A stretch of 63,746 nt of DNA, filler included, from an uncultured bacterium (GTDB lineage: Bacteria; Latescibacterota; UBA2968): assembly GCA_964471275.1 (NCBI GenBank). It is 8 parts of 8 records of this genome, joined end to end, with 100 filler letters (N's around TTAATTAATTAA, not from the genome) between each part and the next. Parts side by side here need not be neighbours in the genome. Positions count along the whole stretch, not along the records: positions 40,426 to 48,231 come from CAYYGZ010000223.1; positions 48,332 to 56,025 come from CAYYGZ010000225.1; 6 more parts are not named here. The stretch is one strand, 5' to 3'. Every line of letters starts with the position of its first letter. The first letter of the stretch is position 1. A program made the position numbers and the translations under genes. The notes beneath the pieces were generated by a model. It searched no databases. It had not been told where the DNA came from and saw only the letters and a program-made list of their open reading frames with translations. Positions 40,326 through 51,180 of the stretch are shown piece by piece.

Positions 40326-40425
40326 NNNNNNNNNNNNNNNNNNNNNNNNNNNNNNNNNNNNNNNNNNNNTTAATTAATTAANNNNNNNNNNNNNNNNNNN
40401 NNNNNNNNNNNNNNNNNNNNNNNNN
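40326..40425. other. Artificial contig linker
   Basis: N-run/TTAATTAATTAA/N-run. Confidence 0.99.
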
Positions 40426-41862
40426 CAGCTCCGGGGATTGGTCGAGCGCCTTATCGATCGTCATCTTCAGCTCTGCCGGGATCAGTTTTGCGATCTTGTC
40501 CACATCGCCAAAGGGCATGTTCATCACACGCCCCACGTCGCGAATCACGGCCTTCGGCCCCATCGTGCCAAACGTTACGATCTGGCAGACGTTGTCGCGG
40601 CCATACTTCTCCACGACATACTCGATCACACGCTCACGATCGCGGTCCGCGATATCGTAGTCGATATCGGGCGGAGAGATTCTCTCCGGATTCAGGAAAC
40701 GCTCGAAGACCAGACCATACTCGATCGGGTCGACCGTCGTGATGCCCAGGGCATACCCCACCAGACTGCTGACCGCCGATCCTCGTCCGCCCGCCCGTAT
40801 CCCTTCCTCCTTACAGAACTGCACAAGATCGTCGAGAATCAGGAAGTAGCCCGGATAGCCGGTCTGCTGGATCACATCGAGTTCGAATGTCAGACGCTCC
40901 TCGTATACCGGCGTGATCTCACCAATGCGACCTTCGAGCGTGGCGCGTGCACGGTGTTCGAGAAAACTCAGCGGATCATCGAAGCCGCTCGGGAGCGGAA
41001 AATCTGGAGCGTGCGACTCGTCAAAAGACATCTCGAAGTCACATTTCTCGGCGATCTCAATCGTCCGTTCGCAAGCGTTCGGCAGGTCATGAAACAGCTC
41101 ATACATCTCGTCGGCAGACTTGAAGTAGACGCCTGTCGGATAGCACATCCGGTTGGGATCGTCGAGCGTCTTCCCTGTCTGGATGGCCACCAGAGCGGCG
41201 TGCGCCTCGTGATCGTCTGCACGGAAGAAGTGCGAGTCGTTCGTCGCAACAAGCGGCACACCCATCTCCTTGTGGAGCTTCAGCAGCCCGTCGTTGATCT
41301 TGACCTCTTTATCGATCCCGTGACGCTGGATCTCCAGGTAGAAGTTATCGCCAAAAATGTCCAGATACTCCTCGACTGCCTTTGTCGCTTCGGAGATGCC
41401 TTCCCGCTCGATGAGATGCGGAATCTCACCACTCACGCACGCGGACAGACACACAAGCCCTTCTGAATGCGTCCGAAGCAATTCCTTGTCGATCCGAGGC
41501 GCATAATAAAAACCCTCGAGGTAACCCGAGGAAACCAGCTTAATCAAATTCTTGTAGCCCTTCTCGTTCTTGACGAGCAGAACCAGGTGATTTGATCCGC
41601 TCTGGACGCCCCGCGCGGGCTTCTTGATGAAGCGACTCTCGATCGCGCAATAGACCTCGCAGCCGATGATCGGCTTAACGTCGACATCCCGCATAGCACG
41701 ATAGAAGTCGATTGCGCCGAACAGATTTCCGTGATCCGTCATCGCCACGGCGGGCATTTGCCATTCTGCGGCGGCGTTGGCGATCGAGTCGATCTTGCTG
41801 GCACCATCGAGCAGGCTGTACTCGGTATGGCTGTGCAGATGTACAAAGTTCGAAGATGACAT
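40426..41862 (-). CDS. dnaE: DNA polymerase III alpha subunit, 3'-truncated
   Basis: FVHLHSHTEYSLLDG, TDHGNLFG, KPIIGCE, VATND, GRGS, FERFLNPERIS.PDID.D. Confidence 0.96.
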
Positions 41863-42179
41863 ACGTGCCCCAGAGAGATTCGGAAAATCTGCGGGAGAAC
41901 AGACCAAGCTTGTAGAAATCACACCAATCGGGAGAGTTGATGCACAAAAGGACCCGGGGATGGGTCACACTCTCAATTTAGTCACGGACCAAGAGCTGTC
42001 AAACTAGCAGTTCGGTTCAGAACGTCTTCTGGAAAGAAATTCAGCCCGGGGGACACACAATCAGGCAAATCCTTCTGTGAGGAGCACGGATAAACAGCCA
42101 TTCAGGCACAGGAATCCCTGCAGATACGCTGATTCTCTTCACTCTTGTCAGTCTGGCACAGGTCTTGTTTGAATTGGAG

Positions 42180-42350
42180 TTGACTCTGAGTGGTACCGAT
42201 TGGTCAAGCCCCCTCTGGCGGTAGGAACTTGTCTCTTGGCAAGTGACCGAAACCAGGGGGTCTTTCTTTGCTCGAAAGCCTGACCTTGTATCGCCGGCAA
42301 AGCATACACGAAGCTCGTGACGTCAGGTGTCCCCCACTGCAGGGGCAAAG
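42180..42350 (+). ncRNA. Candidate structured RNA between divergent dnaE and aroA
   Basis: Long hairpin 42206-42265 plus T-rich run, and a multibranch domain 42266-42350; sigma54-like TGGCAC-N5-TTGT at 42154-42168. Confidence 0.35.
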
Positions 42351-42390
42351 TCCTAACACGCAATCCGCCTTTCTGTTACCTTTCATCGCT

Positions 42391-43677
42391 ATGAATGCGC
42401 TTGAAGTAAAGCCCTTCCTCAACCCGGTCGATGCTGACGTCGTCGTACCCGGATCAAAGAGCTACACCAACCGTGCGCTCTTGATTGCCGCGCTATCCGG
42501 TGGCAGAACGGTACTCGAAGGTGCGCTCTTCAGCGACGACACACACCACATGGCAGACTCACTCCGTCGTCTGGGTATCCAGGTGACTGAAGATGAGGAG
42601 AGGGCACGATTCACCGTGGTAGGCTGCGAGGGCCAGATCCCTGCAGGCTCTGCAGAGCTGTACGTCGGCAATTCTGGTACAACGGCTCGTTTTCTGGCCG
42701 CGTTCGTCAGTCTTGGCAACGGCGAATACGTTATCGACGGTGTTGACAGGATGCGTGAGCGTCCCATCCAGGATCTAATAGACGGCCTGGCCCCGCTGGG
42801 TGTTGACGTGACCAGCCTCAACGGGAACGGCTGTCCCCCGATCCGGATCAGGGCAAAGGGTATCGAGGGTGGACGGACGTTTGTACGCGGTGATCGAAGC
42901 AGCCAGTATTTTACGTCCCTTCTCCTGTCCGCCCCCTATGCGCGGAAAGATGTCGAGGTCCGTGTCACAGGGGCGGATCTCATCTCCAAACCTTATCTCG
43001 ACATGACGATCGCAATCATGGAGAGATTCGGTGTCGAGGCGACGAACGACAGCTATAACACGTTCTCCGTAAGAGCAGGACAGCGCTACGTGTCCCGAAC
43101 ATACCACGTAGAACCTGACGCTTCGAACGCGAGCTACTTTTTCGGCGCAGCAGCGCTTACGTCAGGCCGGGTCTGTGTCCGCAACCTGGATCGATCCTCT
43201 GCCCAGGGAGACGTGAAGTTTGTGGATGTGCTTGAGCGAATGGGCTGCGCCGTGACAGAACGTCCCGATGGAATCGAACTCACCGGCCCGACCAAACTGA
43301 CGGGCATCGACGTCGATCTCAACGATATGCCCGACACGGCCCAGACGCTCTGCGCAATAGCCCCCTTTGCGAATGGCCCCACCACGATTCGCAATATCGG
43401 CAGTCTGCGAATCAAGGAAACAGATCGATTGGCCGCGATTGAGGCCGAACTCGCCCGTCTGGGTGTGGAGGTCGAAACGTGGTCTGACGGGATCCGCATT
43501 CAGCCGACAAACACGATCATACCCGCGGCTGTAGACACATACGACGATCACCGTATGGCGATGAGTCTTTCGCTCATTGGACTGCGCGCGCCTGGTGTCG
43601 TGATAAACAATCCGGAGTGTGTTAACAAAACGTTCCCAACCTTTTTCGATACGTTGACAGATACCCAGCCGGAATAG
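42391..43677 (+). CDS. aroA: 3-phosphoshikimate 1-carboxyvinyltransferase (EPSP synthase)
   Basis: PGSKSYTNRAL, GNSGTTARF, RMRERP, SSQY, RIKETDR, DDHRMAM, KTFP. Confidence 0.96.
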   Translation: MNALEVKPFLNPVDADVVVPGSKSYTNRALLIAALSGGRTVLEGALFSDDTHHMADSLRRLGIQVTEDEERARFTVVGCEGQIPAGSAELYVGNSGTTARFLAAFVSLGNGEYVIDGVDRMRERPIQDLIDGLAPLGVDVTSLNGNGCPPIRIRAKGIEGGRTFVRGDRSSQYFTSLLLSAPYARKDVEVRVTGADLISKPYLDMTIAIMERFGVEATNDSYNTFSVRAGQRYVSRTYHVEPDASNASYFFGAAALTSGRVCVRNLDRSSAQGDVKFVDVLERMGCAVTERPDGIELTGPTKLTGIDVDLNDMPDTAQTLCAIAPFANGPTTIRNIGSLRIKETDRLAAIEAELARLGVEVETWSDGIRIQPTNTIIPAAVDTYDDHRMAMSLSLIGLRAPGVVINNPECVNKTFPTFFDTLTDTQPE

Positions 43678-43680
43678 CCC

Positions 43681-44795
43681 GTGTCCACAAGAGTCTTGCT
43701 AGTAAACCGATGAAGAACACATCCGGTCCGTTCTGAGCGATTCGCTCAGGACAGCGGGCTACGAGGTCGACAGTGTCGAGTCCGGCGAAGAAGATCTCGA
43801 GCGACTCGCTCAGCAACCTTCCAACTTGATGATCGTCGATCTAAAGATGCCCGGAATCAGCGGGTTGGAGTTCGCGGGCGAGGCATCGGCGTGCGTGCCG
43901 AACAGCCGGATTATCATCCTTACCAGTTACGGCGACATGAAGAGTGCCGTCGAGGCGATGCGCATCGGCGCCTTTAGATTATCTGACACAAAACCCATCG
44001 ACCTCGACCGCCTGCTTCAGACGCTCCGGAAGGCTGATGAACGTCGACGATTGATCCTTGAGAACAGAGACCTCCTCAGACGATTGACCGAAGCCAACAG
44101 GATCAAGGCCGAATTCATCAACGGGATGTCTCACGAGGTCTGGACACCGCTCGGACACATCACCGGGTTTACCCAGATCCTGCCGGATACGTCTGACATT
44201 CTGACGAAAAAACAGGAACGTTATATCGGGAACATCCTCAGCTTCAATACAATCAAGACGGGAGATGTCCAGGTTACACTGGAGTCTGTCGATTTGAATG
44301 AGATCTTCGACACCGCAATAGAAGAGGCGATGTCGACGGCGGCAGATCTTGTCGTGACCGTAGAGAAAGGACGGCGATACAGCGGTAACAGCGCGTATTG
44401 ACAGAAAGATCTGTAGTCGCGCCCTCAAGCTGATCGTCGACAATGCGGTTAAGTTCAACAAGGAGGGTGGGTCGGTCAGGCTGAGCGCATCATTGAGCGA
44501 GGGATTGCCCGAGGGCACGGAAATACCCGATGCCGCAGCGGTCTCGGAGTGGATCACGATATCGGTCAGAGATACCGGAATAGGCGTACCAGAGGATCAG
44601 TTCGAACACATTTTCGGGCTCTTTACACAGGCTGATGGATCTTTGACACGCCCATACGAGGGTGCAGGTATCGGGCTTGCCCTGGCGCGCAGCCTGGTTC
44701 GGCTCCACGGGGGAACGATCACTTTCGAGAGCATCGTCGATGAAGGCAGTACGTTCTCACTGATCCTGCCGGTCGCCGACGAACCGATCACCTGA
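43681..44795 (+). pseudogene. Frameshifted hybrid REC-HisKA-HATPase_c sensor kinase
   Basis: REC (DEEHIR..IVDLKMPG..LTSYGD), H-box MSHEVWTPL, then N/G boxes (DNAVKF, DTGIG, GAGIGL, GSTF) in another frame; at least two frameshifts. Confidence 0.8.
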
Positions 44796-44850
44796 GCCTT
44801 CAGTTTGTAGACTGTGACACGCCACGAGATTTGGACTTCAGGTAGGATGC

Positions 44851-45426
44851 CTACTTTATACGCTTGATCCGTCTGAATCTCTCAGAATCCTTGCGAAGCC
44901 CGGTCTTCGGGGGCAGTCTCGCCACATCGGCCGCAGCCTGTTCTACACGCTCACTCGTAGGTGGATGCGTCGTGAACAGGGCTCCCAGCCCCTCCAGATC
45001 GGAATCGTGCCGCACCATCAGCTTCCTGAAGAACACACCGATACCTGACGGGTCAATACTCGCCGCGTAGGTTTCTTCCACCGCCAGTGCATCTGCCTCA
45101 CGTTCCATATCACGACCATACTTCAGCAACGTCAGTCCCGCGCCCAGTCCTGCAAACTCTCCTGCAATCTAGTGCGCGACAGAGTCCTCGCCCGGCCCAC
45201 TGGCGACGATCTCCAACAGAACGGCAAGTCCATAACAAGCGGAGATCTGACGAGCACCGTGACGCCCCACAACGTGGCCGATCTCGTGCGCCATCACACC
45301 GGCGAGTTCTGACTCGGTCTCCGCAGTTGTGGACAAAAGGTTGATCTGGCTGATGGTCGCGCAGGACACCTGGGTTATCACCACGAAAGCCAGGGCTGCC
45401 GAACGTTTTCCCCTCATCCACTTCAT
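44851..45426 (-). pseudogene. Fragmented M48 metallopeptidase (lipoprotein type)
   Basis: ELAGVMAHEIGHV (HExxH), then after a break YGRDMEREAD and FTTHPP..ER; most of the N-terminal half is missing. Confidence 0.8.
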
Positions 45427-46310
45427 CCCGAACGCTCGAAACGCAGGATGCCGCCGGACACCTCAGCGTGTGTGCCCACAGGCAGCAAACGTCTGAGGGG
45501 GCCATGTCCGTACATCAAGCCCCTGATAACCGGGCACGGACACCGTGATTCGAAATCCAACAGTATTTCCTCGACCGTTCCATCTTCCGGATCACCCACA
45601 CAATCGTGGAATGTACCCACCAGCACGCCTGCCGCGTTCTTGAGCGCCCCGGAAAGGAGGATCTGGGTCAGCATCCTATCGATTCTGTAGGGTGATTCTC
45701 TCACATCCTCGAACACCAAGAGATGGCCTGCCAGATCAGGAAAATAAGGGGTACCCAGCAGATGCACCAGAAGAGATAGACATCCGCCTACCAACATTCC
45801 CGACACCGGCGACGTGTGTGACAGACCTTCGACCGGCAGGAACGTCCAGTCCCGTAAAGCTTGTTTCAGGTTGGCAGGAATTGGGTCCGCGGGTCTCCCT
45901 CTGGAAGCATCAGAGGAAAGCGCCAGCCCCGTGATGCTCGGCATCTGGCACTGCGTATAGAGACCGGTCTGAAGGGCAGTCGTGTCACTGAAACCAACAA
46001 AGGGCTTCGGATGCGCACGAATCGTGGGCCAGTCAACCAGGTCAAGCAACCGGGAGGAGCCATACCCGCCGCGTGCGGCGAAAACGGCGCGAACCGAGTC
46101 GTCCGCGAACATTTCGACCAGATCCTCAGACCTCAGTGCATCTGATCCCGCCAGAAATCGATCCTTCTCTCCGACAGACCTCCCCAAGCGGACCCGGTAT
46201 CCTGACATCTCCAGCCAACGAACAGCGGGACCGAGCCCCTCGCTCGTGACGGGACTGGCTGGCGCTACAATCCCAACAGTGTCCCCTTTACGCAGCCGCG
46301 GAAACATCAC
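45423..46310 (-). CDS. ldcA: LD-carboxypeptidase (peptidase S66)
   Basis: IVAPAS, ARGGYG, GFSDTT, GGCLS..LGTPY, FEDV.E.PY.IDRML, YGHG. Confidence 0.9.
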   Translation of the reverse strand: MMFPRLRKGDTVGIVAPASPVTSEGLGPAVRWLEMSGYRVRLGRSVGEKDRFLAGSDALRSEDLVEMFADDSVRAVFAARGGYGSSRLLDLVDWPTIRAHPKPFVGFSDTTALQTGLYTQCQMPSITGLALSSDASRGRPADPIPANLKQALRDWTFLPVEGLSHTSPVSGMLVGGCLSLLVHLLGTPYFPDLAGHLLVFEDVRESPYRIDRMLTQILLSGALKNAAGVLVGTFHDCVGDPEDGTVEEILLDFESRCPCPVIRGLMYGHGPLRRLLPVGTHAEVSGGILRFERSG

Positions 46311-47701
46311 GCTTCCCTCTCCTCGAGCAGGTTCAGCAAGTCCCTGCCAAATGCGGTCAAAGAGTCATCACGCGCGCCCATGATCACAACTCGATCGCCT
46401 TCACACACCTCTTCGACAAGGCGTCCGCCAAGATCCGCCCTCTCAGCCACAAAGGTTGCGGGAATCCCGGTCAAGCCGATGTCGTCGACCAAGTCAGCGG
46501 ATGAGATTGATCGATCCGCGGTTCCCCCTGCATAGTAGATTTCCGCCATCCACACGTGATCATCCCTGTCGAGCCCCCCCGCCAGGGCATCTACGAGCCC
46601 TCCTCGAAGCATCTTTGTTGGCCCGAATCCATGAGGTTGGAACATCACGTGCAATCTGCCGGGGAAAGCCTTCAGCGCTGACAGAGCAGCACCGATCTTG
46701 TCTGGATTATGCGCAAAATCGTCGATTACCGTGACTCCCGCAGCGGTTCCCAAAACCTCGAGTCGCCGCGCGATTCCCTGAAACCCCACCATCGCCTCTG
46801 CGGCCTCTACGATACTGACGTCCTCCGCCCGACAGGCGGCAATCGCGGCCAGAGCATTGGCGACGTTGTGACAACCCGGCACAGGGATCGTAACTTCCAC
46901 ACCGCCTAGTGAAAAGCTCATCCCATCGGATAATGTCTGGACCGATTCTGCGAATACATCTGCGTGCTCCTGCAGCCCAAACGTCGTGCGCTCGAGGCCT
47001 TCGGTCGCACCCATCGACACCGCGCAATCCGCATTCACCACGACGCTCTCTGATGCCCGTTCACAGTACGCGCGAAACAAGGGAACCAATTCCTCGAGGG
47101 GCTTGTGATCGAAGGAAATATTCGTGAGCACGCTGACGCGCGGGTTGTAGAATGCGATCGTGCCGTCGCTCTCATCTGCCTCGATCACAGTGGCCCCTTC
47201 GCCGCTGATCGCATTGCCCAGGTGGGGTGGGGCCTCGAAATTGCGCATCACGCCGCCCGACACGACAGTCGGCACGTTGCCAGTAGCATGGAGGATGTAG
47301 CCGATCATCCCGGTCACCGTCGATTTGCCGCTCGTCCCCCCTACCGCGATGCCACGATCGTCGTTAAACAGGTCCGCAAGCAGCTCGGCCCGTTTTCGAA
47401 TTCGGACACCGATTTTCTGTGCTGCAGCGACGTCCGGGATCGAAGCCTCGACGGCCGAGGACACGATCAGTTCCGACACCGACGCATCCACCGCCGATCC
47501 ATCCTGAGGGACAAGCGTGATGCCCTGTGCGGCCAGATTCGAGAAGAGCTCCAGGTGCAACCCTCGGTCATGATTGCGATCCGAACCCAGGATGCGCGCA
47601 CCACGGCCCACCAGAACCTGAGCAATCGCGCTCATCCCGCTGCCCCCAACGCCGCAGAAGTAGTATGTTTGATCACAATCCATGCCAACAATATAGGTCA
47701 A
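46307..47701 (-). CDS. MurC/Mpl-family Mur ligase
   Basis: GVGGSGMSAIA, GTSGKSTVT, EADESDG, HNVANALAA, DDFAHNP, FQPHG. Coupling to LD-carboxypeptidase suggests peptidoglycan recycling. Confidence 0.88.
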   Translation of the reverse strand: MTYIVGMDCDQTYYFCGVGGSGMSAIAQVLVGRGARILGSDRNHDRGLHLELFSNLAAQGITLVPQDGSAVDASVSELIVSSAVEASIPDVAAAQKIGVRIRKRAELLADLFNDDRGIAVGGTSGKSTVTGMIGYILHATGNVPTVVSGGVMRNFEAPPHLGNAISGEGATVIEADESDGTIAFYNPRVSVLTNISFDHKPLEELVPLFRAYCERASESVVVNADCAVSMGATEGLERTTFGLQEHADVFAESVQTLSDGMSFSLGGVEVTIPVPGCHNVANALAAIAACRAEDVSIVEAAEAMVGFQGIARRLEVLGTAAGVTVIDDFAHNPDKIGAALSALKAFPGRLHVMFQPHGFGPTKMLRGGLVDALAGGLDRDDHVWMAEIYYAGGTADRSISSADLVDDIGLTGIPATFVAERADLGGRLVEEVCEGDRVVIMGARDDSLTAFGRDLLNLLEEREA

Positions 47702-47835
47702 GCCGACAGAGCTCTTCTAGAGGGCAGAATGGGTTCCGGGAGGATTCTCTCAAAGCACCCGTACACAGAAAGAGGGGAGGGCCCCAATTCGGGACTGTCC
47801 CCTTACGTTTTCTCCTGCGCCAACTGAGCGAGAAG

Positions 47836-48021
47836 TCAGGCGATCGCATCGACCATGCTGCCTGCACCATTCACTGCTGCCGTACTCTGCAGGTTCTGTG
47901 AAAGCGAGATCTTGGCCAATTTCATTGCCAGGTCTGTCTGAGCCTGCTGAAATCGACCGAGCACACTTTCGATCAGGCTACCTGCCAATGACGACTGTAA
48001 TGAAGCTGCGTCGAGAGTCAC
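47836..48021 (-). CDS. Small protein, YjfB/putative motility protein-like
   Basis: 61 aa ending GAGSMVDAIA; SD GAGAGGAG; start overlaps the upstream stop. Confidence 0.45.
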   Translation of the reverse strand: MTLDAASLQSSLAGSLIESVLGRFQQAQTDLAMKLAKISLSQNLQSTAAVNGAGSMVDAIA

Positions 48022-48231
48022 TGTTCCTCTCCTCTCTCCGTATCGGTTGATTGCCCCTCTGCTGGTTGTTCTGTGGTCGCCAACTGTGCCGACCTGAATT
48101 CACTGGGATATCCCTGCGTCAGCTTGAACGTCCGATCGATAGTCTGTCGCATGGTTTCGCTGAGCTTTGTGATACCGGCGAGGAAGTCTCTGGCCTCGAA
48201 AAAGCCCTCTTCGATCGCACCCCGAATCAAC
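48018..48231 (-). CDS. DUF5610-like protein C-terminus (5'-truncated)
   Basis: IRGAIEEGF.EARD.L..L...TID.T..L pattern. Confidence 0.55.
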
Positions 48232-48331
48232 NNNNNNNNNNNNNNNNNNNNNNNNNNNNNNNNNNNNNNNNNNNNTTAATTAATTAANNNNNNNNNNNNN
48301 NNNNNNNNNNNNNNNNNNNNNNNNNNNNNNN
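48232..48331. other. Artificial contig linker
   Basis: N-run/TTAATTAATTAA/N-run. Confidence 0.99.
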
Positions 48332-48343
48332 TTGTCAGTAACC

Positions 48344-48386
48344 GCATCCTAACTCTGGATGTGGACACACAAGTGGGGGCAGGTCA
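48344..48386 (+). mobile_element. Right terminal inverted repeat of an IS3-family element at the contig start
   Basis: GCATCCTAACTCTGGATGTGGA..GGGGGCAGGTCA, nearly identical to 55736-55778; ends in CA. Confidence 0.8.
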
Positions 48387-48703
48387 GCTGCTCGCATATT
48401 GCCTCGCTGCCCGCTTTGAAGTTGCTATCTAGGAAGACTGCCAACCAAAATATACGATAATGTAATCACGAAATGTTACCCTTCAACCTTTTGTGCCCCA
48501 ATAAATTGCATGAATTTAAAACATGGAAAACATGTTTGTCCTACGAGGCGGGAATTGGCTACCCCAGGCTAGAACTATCAGCGCTGGGATACTCATCGGA
48601 GGGCCATCGAGTGTCTATGAACTGTGATCGAGGCTACTAATGATTCGACCACTCGCCACATCAGTCGATACGATCAGCTGTATCGGTTTTCAACGGAGCC
48701 CAC

Positions 48704-50137
48704 TCACTCTGGCCGGCCGCCCGTATCTGTGCCGGCATCTCGAGCCGACAGGGCGAGGTCTGCTGCGGCATGACCGGCGATGCGCCCGGTGACCAGGGCC
48801 TGGGCCAGCCCACCCATGTAGCCCCCATGACTGATGTTTCCCACGTCGCAGCCTGCCGCATACAGACCCGGAATGACGTTGAACTTCATCTCCGAAGGAT
48901 CGGCGACCACGTTGGGATTGGTAGAGATCGTCGTCGGCCGCCGAAGAACGCACATCTCCGTGTCGACCTCGAGGCCACCGTTGCTGAAGGTGATCCCGGG
49001 GCGCACGGGCACCGCGGTGAAGGGCGGCGTTACCAGCGGAAACCGGCTCTTGCGTCGCTCGGGGAAAAGCGCCTCCTCCCGCTCCTCGAGAATGGCGGCG
49101 TTGAATTCGTTTATCGTCGCAAGGGCCCGATGGCTGTGGACGCCGTGCTCTCCCATCAGGTGACACAGGTCCTCCAGCGTATCGCCTTCGATGACCGTGC
49201 CCCCACAAGAGCGCATCCGCTCGATGGACACGCTAGGGATCGGGCCCTGTTGAGGGAGCATCACCATCAGCCTGGCATCGAGGACGTAGAAGGCTGTAGC
49301 GTTGCGCTGTTGAGCGATGGCGATATTGAGCACCTCTTCACCCGAACCTGCAGACTCGTCGGTGAAGCGGGAACCGTCGAGGTTCAGCGCAACGGTGATC
49401 GTGCCATACTTTTGTGACATGTCCAGGAACTCGATCGGGGCGAACGAGGCGGGCGGAGCGGCCAGGGCGTGACCGTAGAAACTGTCCAGCCCGGGAGTGA
49501 CCGCCGCGCCGATCTGCGTCGCTGCCAGGAAAGCGTCACCCGTGCTCCAGGGATTGCTGCGCACATACACGTTGGAGACGTTCGGGGTGATATACCGTGT
49601 CACCAGCTCGGGGTTGCCCTGGAACCCCCCTGTGGCAAGGACCACGGCCTCCGCCTCGAAGACCGTTTCTCCATCTGGAGAGAAGGCCTGGACACCACGA
49701 ACAGCGCCCCCTTCGTAGAGCAGGTCGGCCAGAGCGGTCTCTGGGTGCAACTGCCCGCCCAGCGTTCGTATCCGCTTCACCAGAGCGGCTGTCATCTCCG
49801 GCGGTTCCGCTTTGAGACCGAATCCCTCTTTTATGTCCCGCGCCGGGATCTCATCCAGCGTCACTCCGTGTCCTTCTAGCCAATGGTGCGCCTCACTCAG
49901 GCCGTCGACTACCGTGCTCTGGAGCAATGGATTGCCGTCGGGGATGTACTTCTGCACCGTGTCCATGTCTTTGTACGTCCACATTGAGCCACCGGACAGA
50001 GCCATGGAGCCTCCAAAACGGGTTCCCTTGTCCAGACCGATGACTCGCGCCCCCCTTTCAAGGGCAGCCACCGAAGCGCAAAGTCCGGACATCCCGGCAC
50101 CTACCACGATTACGTCTGCCTGTCCATCGACCATCAT
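48704..50137 (-). CDS. FAD-dependent oxidoreductase (fumarate reductase/flavocytochrome c-like FAD_binding_2 family)
   Basis: VVGAGMSG, GGSMALSGG, VLATGGFQGN, TFSNGGL, IPGLYAAG, GGLAQALVTGRIAG; SD GAGAGGA. Confidence 0.85.
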   Translation of the reverse strand: MMVDGQADVIVVGAGMSGLCASVAALERGARVIGLDKGTRFGGSMALSGGSMWTYKDMDTVQKYIPDGNPLLQSTVVDGLSEAHHWLEGHGVTLDEIPARDIKEGFGLKAEPPEMTAALVKRIRTLGGQLHPETALADLLYEGGAVRGVQAFSPDGETVFEAEAVVLATGGFQGNPELVTRYITPNVSNVYVRSNPWSTGDAFLAATQIGAAVTPGLDSFYGHALAAPPASFAPIEFLDMSQKYGTITVALNLDGSRFTDESAGSGEEVLNIAIAQQRNATAFYVLDARLMVMLPQQGPIPSVSIERMRSCGGTVIEGDTLEDLCHLMGEHGVHSHRALATINEFNAAILEEREEALFPERRKSRFPLVTPPFTAVPVRPGITFSNGGLEVDTEMCVLRRPTTISTNPNVVADPSEMKFNVIPGLYAAGCDVGNISHGGYMGGLAQALVTGRIAGHAAADLALSARDAGTDTGGRPE

Positions 50138-50262
50138 TGCCGTCCTCTCAGCTCGCAGGACTGGAACTCCTTCGCGGATCTCACGTCGCTTTCTCACGGC
50201 GGATAGGAAGAATAAACAGGGTCTCTCCTACCCAGGAAAACGCGGAGGCCGAGCACTTCCCT

Positions 50263-50291
50263 TTCTCAATTGAGACTTGCTAAGGTATACT
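50263..50291 (+). promoter_or_regulatory. Putative promoter overlapped by a 12-bp palindrome
   Basis: TTCTCA-N17-TATACT; perfect palindrome TCTCAATTGAGA at 50264-50275. Confidence 0.45.
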
Positions 50292-50367
50292 GTCAAGGTC
50301 GAATGTGGGTGAGATGGATCCCATGGCCACGGTTATTGTCGTGGTATTGCCCCCCGGAGGTTGATCG

Positions 50368-51162
50368 ATGAACGTCATCGCGCTCGTCAAGCAGGTACCG
50401 GATACGGCCCAGCTGTCGGGCACCGTGGACGGCTTGAGGCTGATGGAAGACGGCGGCCCCAGGATCGTCAATCCGTGGGACGACTACGCCCTCGAAACTG
50501 CGGTCCGGCTCAAGGAATCCCACGGCGGCAAAGTCACCGTCCTGACCGTTGGCAGACCCGAAGCGGAACAAGCTCTGAAAACTGGGCTGGGCATAGGTGC
50601 GGACGATGCCGTCCTCGTCTCGGACCCCGTGCTGGAAGGCAGTGACTGCCTGGCGACCGCTCGGGTGCTGGCCGCTGCGATCCAGAGGATCGGTGACTAC
50701 GACATCATTGTGGCCGGCCGATCTGCCATTGACGGAAACACGGCAGCGACACCCGTGCAGGTGGCTGCCCTGCTGAACCTTCCCCTTCTCTCTTACGTTT
50801 CCGAACTCAATGCTGTGGACCCGGCCGCACGCAATCTCAAAGCCGTCCGGCTCCTGGAAGGCGGCCGGGAATCCGTCACAAGCAGGCTGCCGGCTGTGAT
50901 CACCGTGGTCAAAGAGATCTGCGAGCCTCGATACCCGAGCTTCATCGACATTCGCAGGGCCGCGAAGGCGACGATCCGCACCTTCAATGTTGCCGACCTG
51001 GGTCTCACCCCCGACCAGGTGGGGACGGCGGGCTCAGGGGTCACCTGGCCGGACGTCTACCTGCCGACAGGCCGGGAAGCGCGGGTCGAGCTGATCGAAG
51101 GTTCGCCCGCCGAATGCGCCCGAATCCTGGCGGAAAAATTGACCGCCGACCACGTCCTCTAA
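50368..51162 (+). CDS. etfB: Electron transfer flavoprotein beta subunit
   Basis: VKQVPDT, NPWDDYALE, GAD.AV, AGRSAIDG, EPRYPS. Confidence 0.93.
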   Translation: MNVIALVKQVPDTAQLSGTVDGLRLMEDGGPRIVNPWDDYALETAVRLKESHGGKVTVLTVGRPEAEQALKTGLGIGADDAVLVSDPVLEGSDCLATARVLAAAIQRIGDYDIIVAGRSAIDGNTAATPVQVAALLNLPLLSYVSELNAVDPAARNLKAVRLLEGGRESVTSRLPAVITVVKEICEPRYPSFIDIRRAAKATIRTFNVADLGLTPDQVGTAGSGVTWPDVYLPTGREARVELIEGSPAECARILAEKLTADHVL

Positions 51163-51180
51163 CCTTAGGTAGCCGCAATC

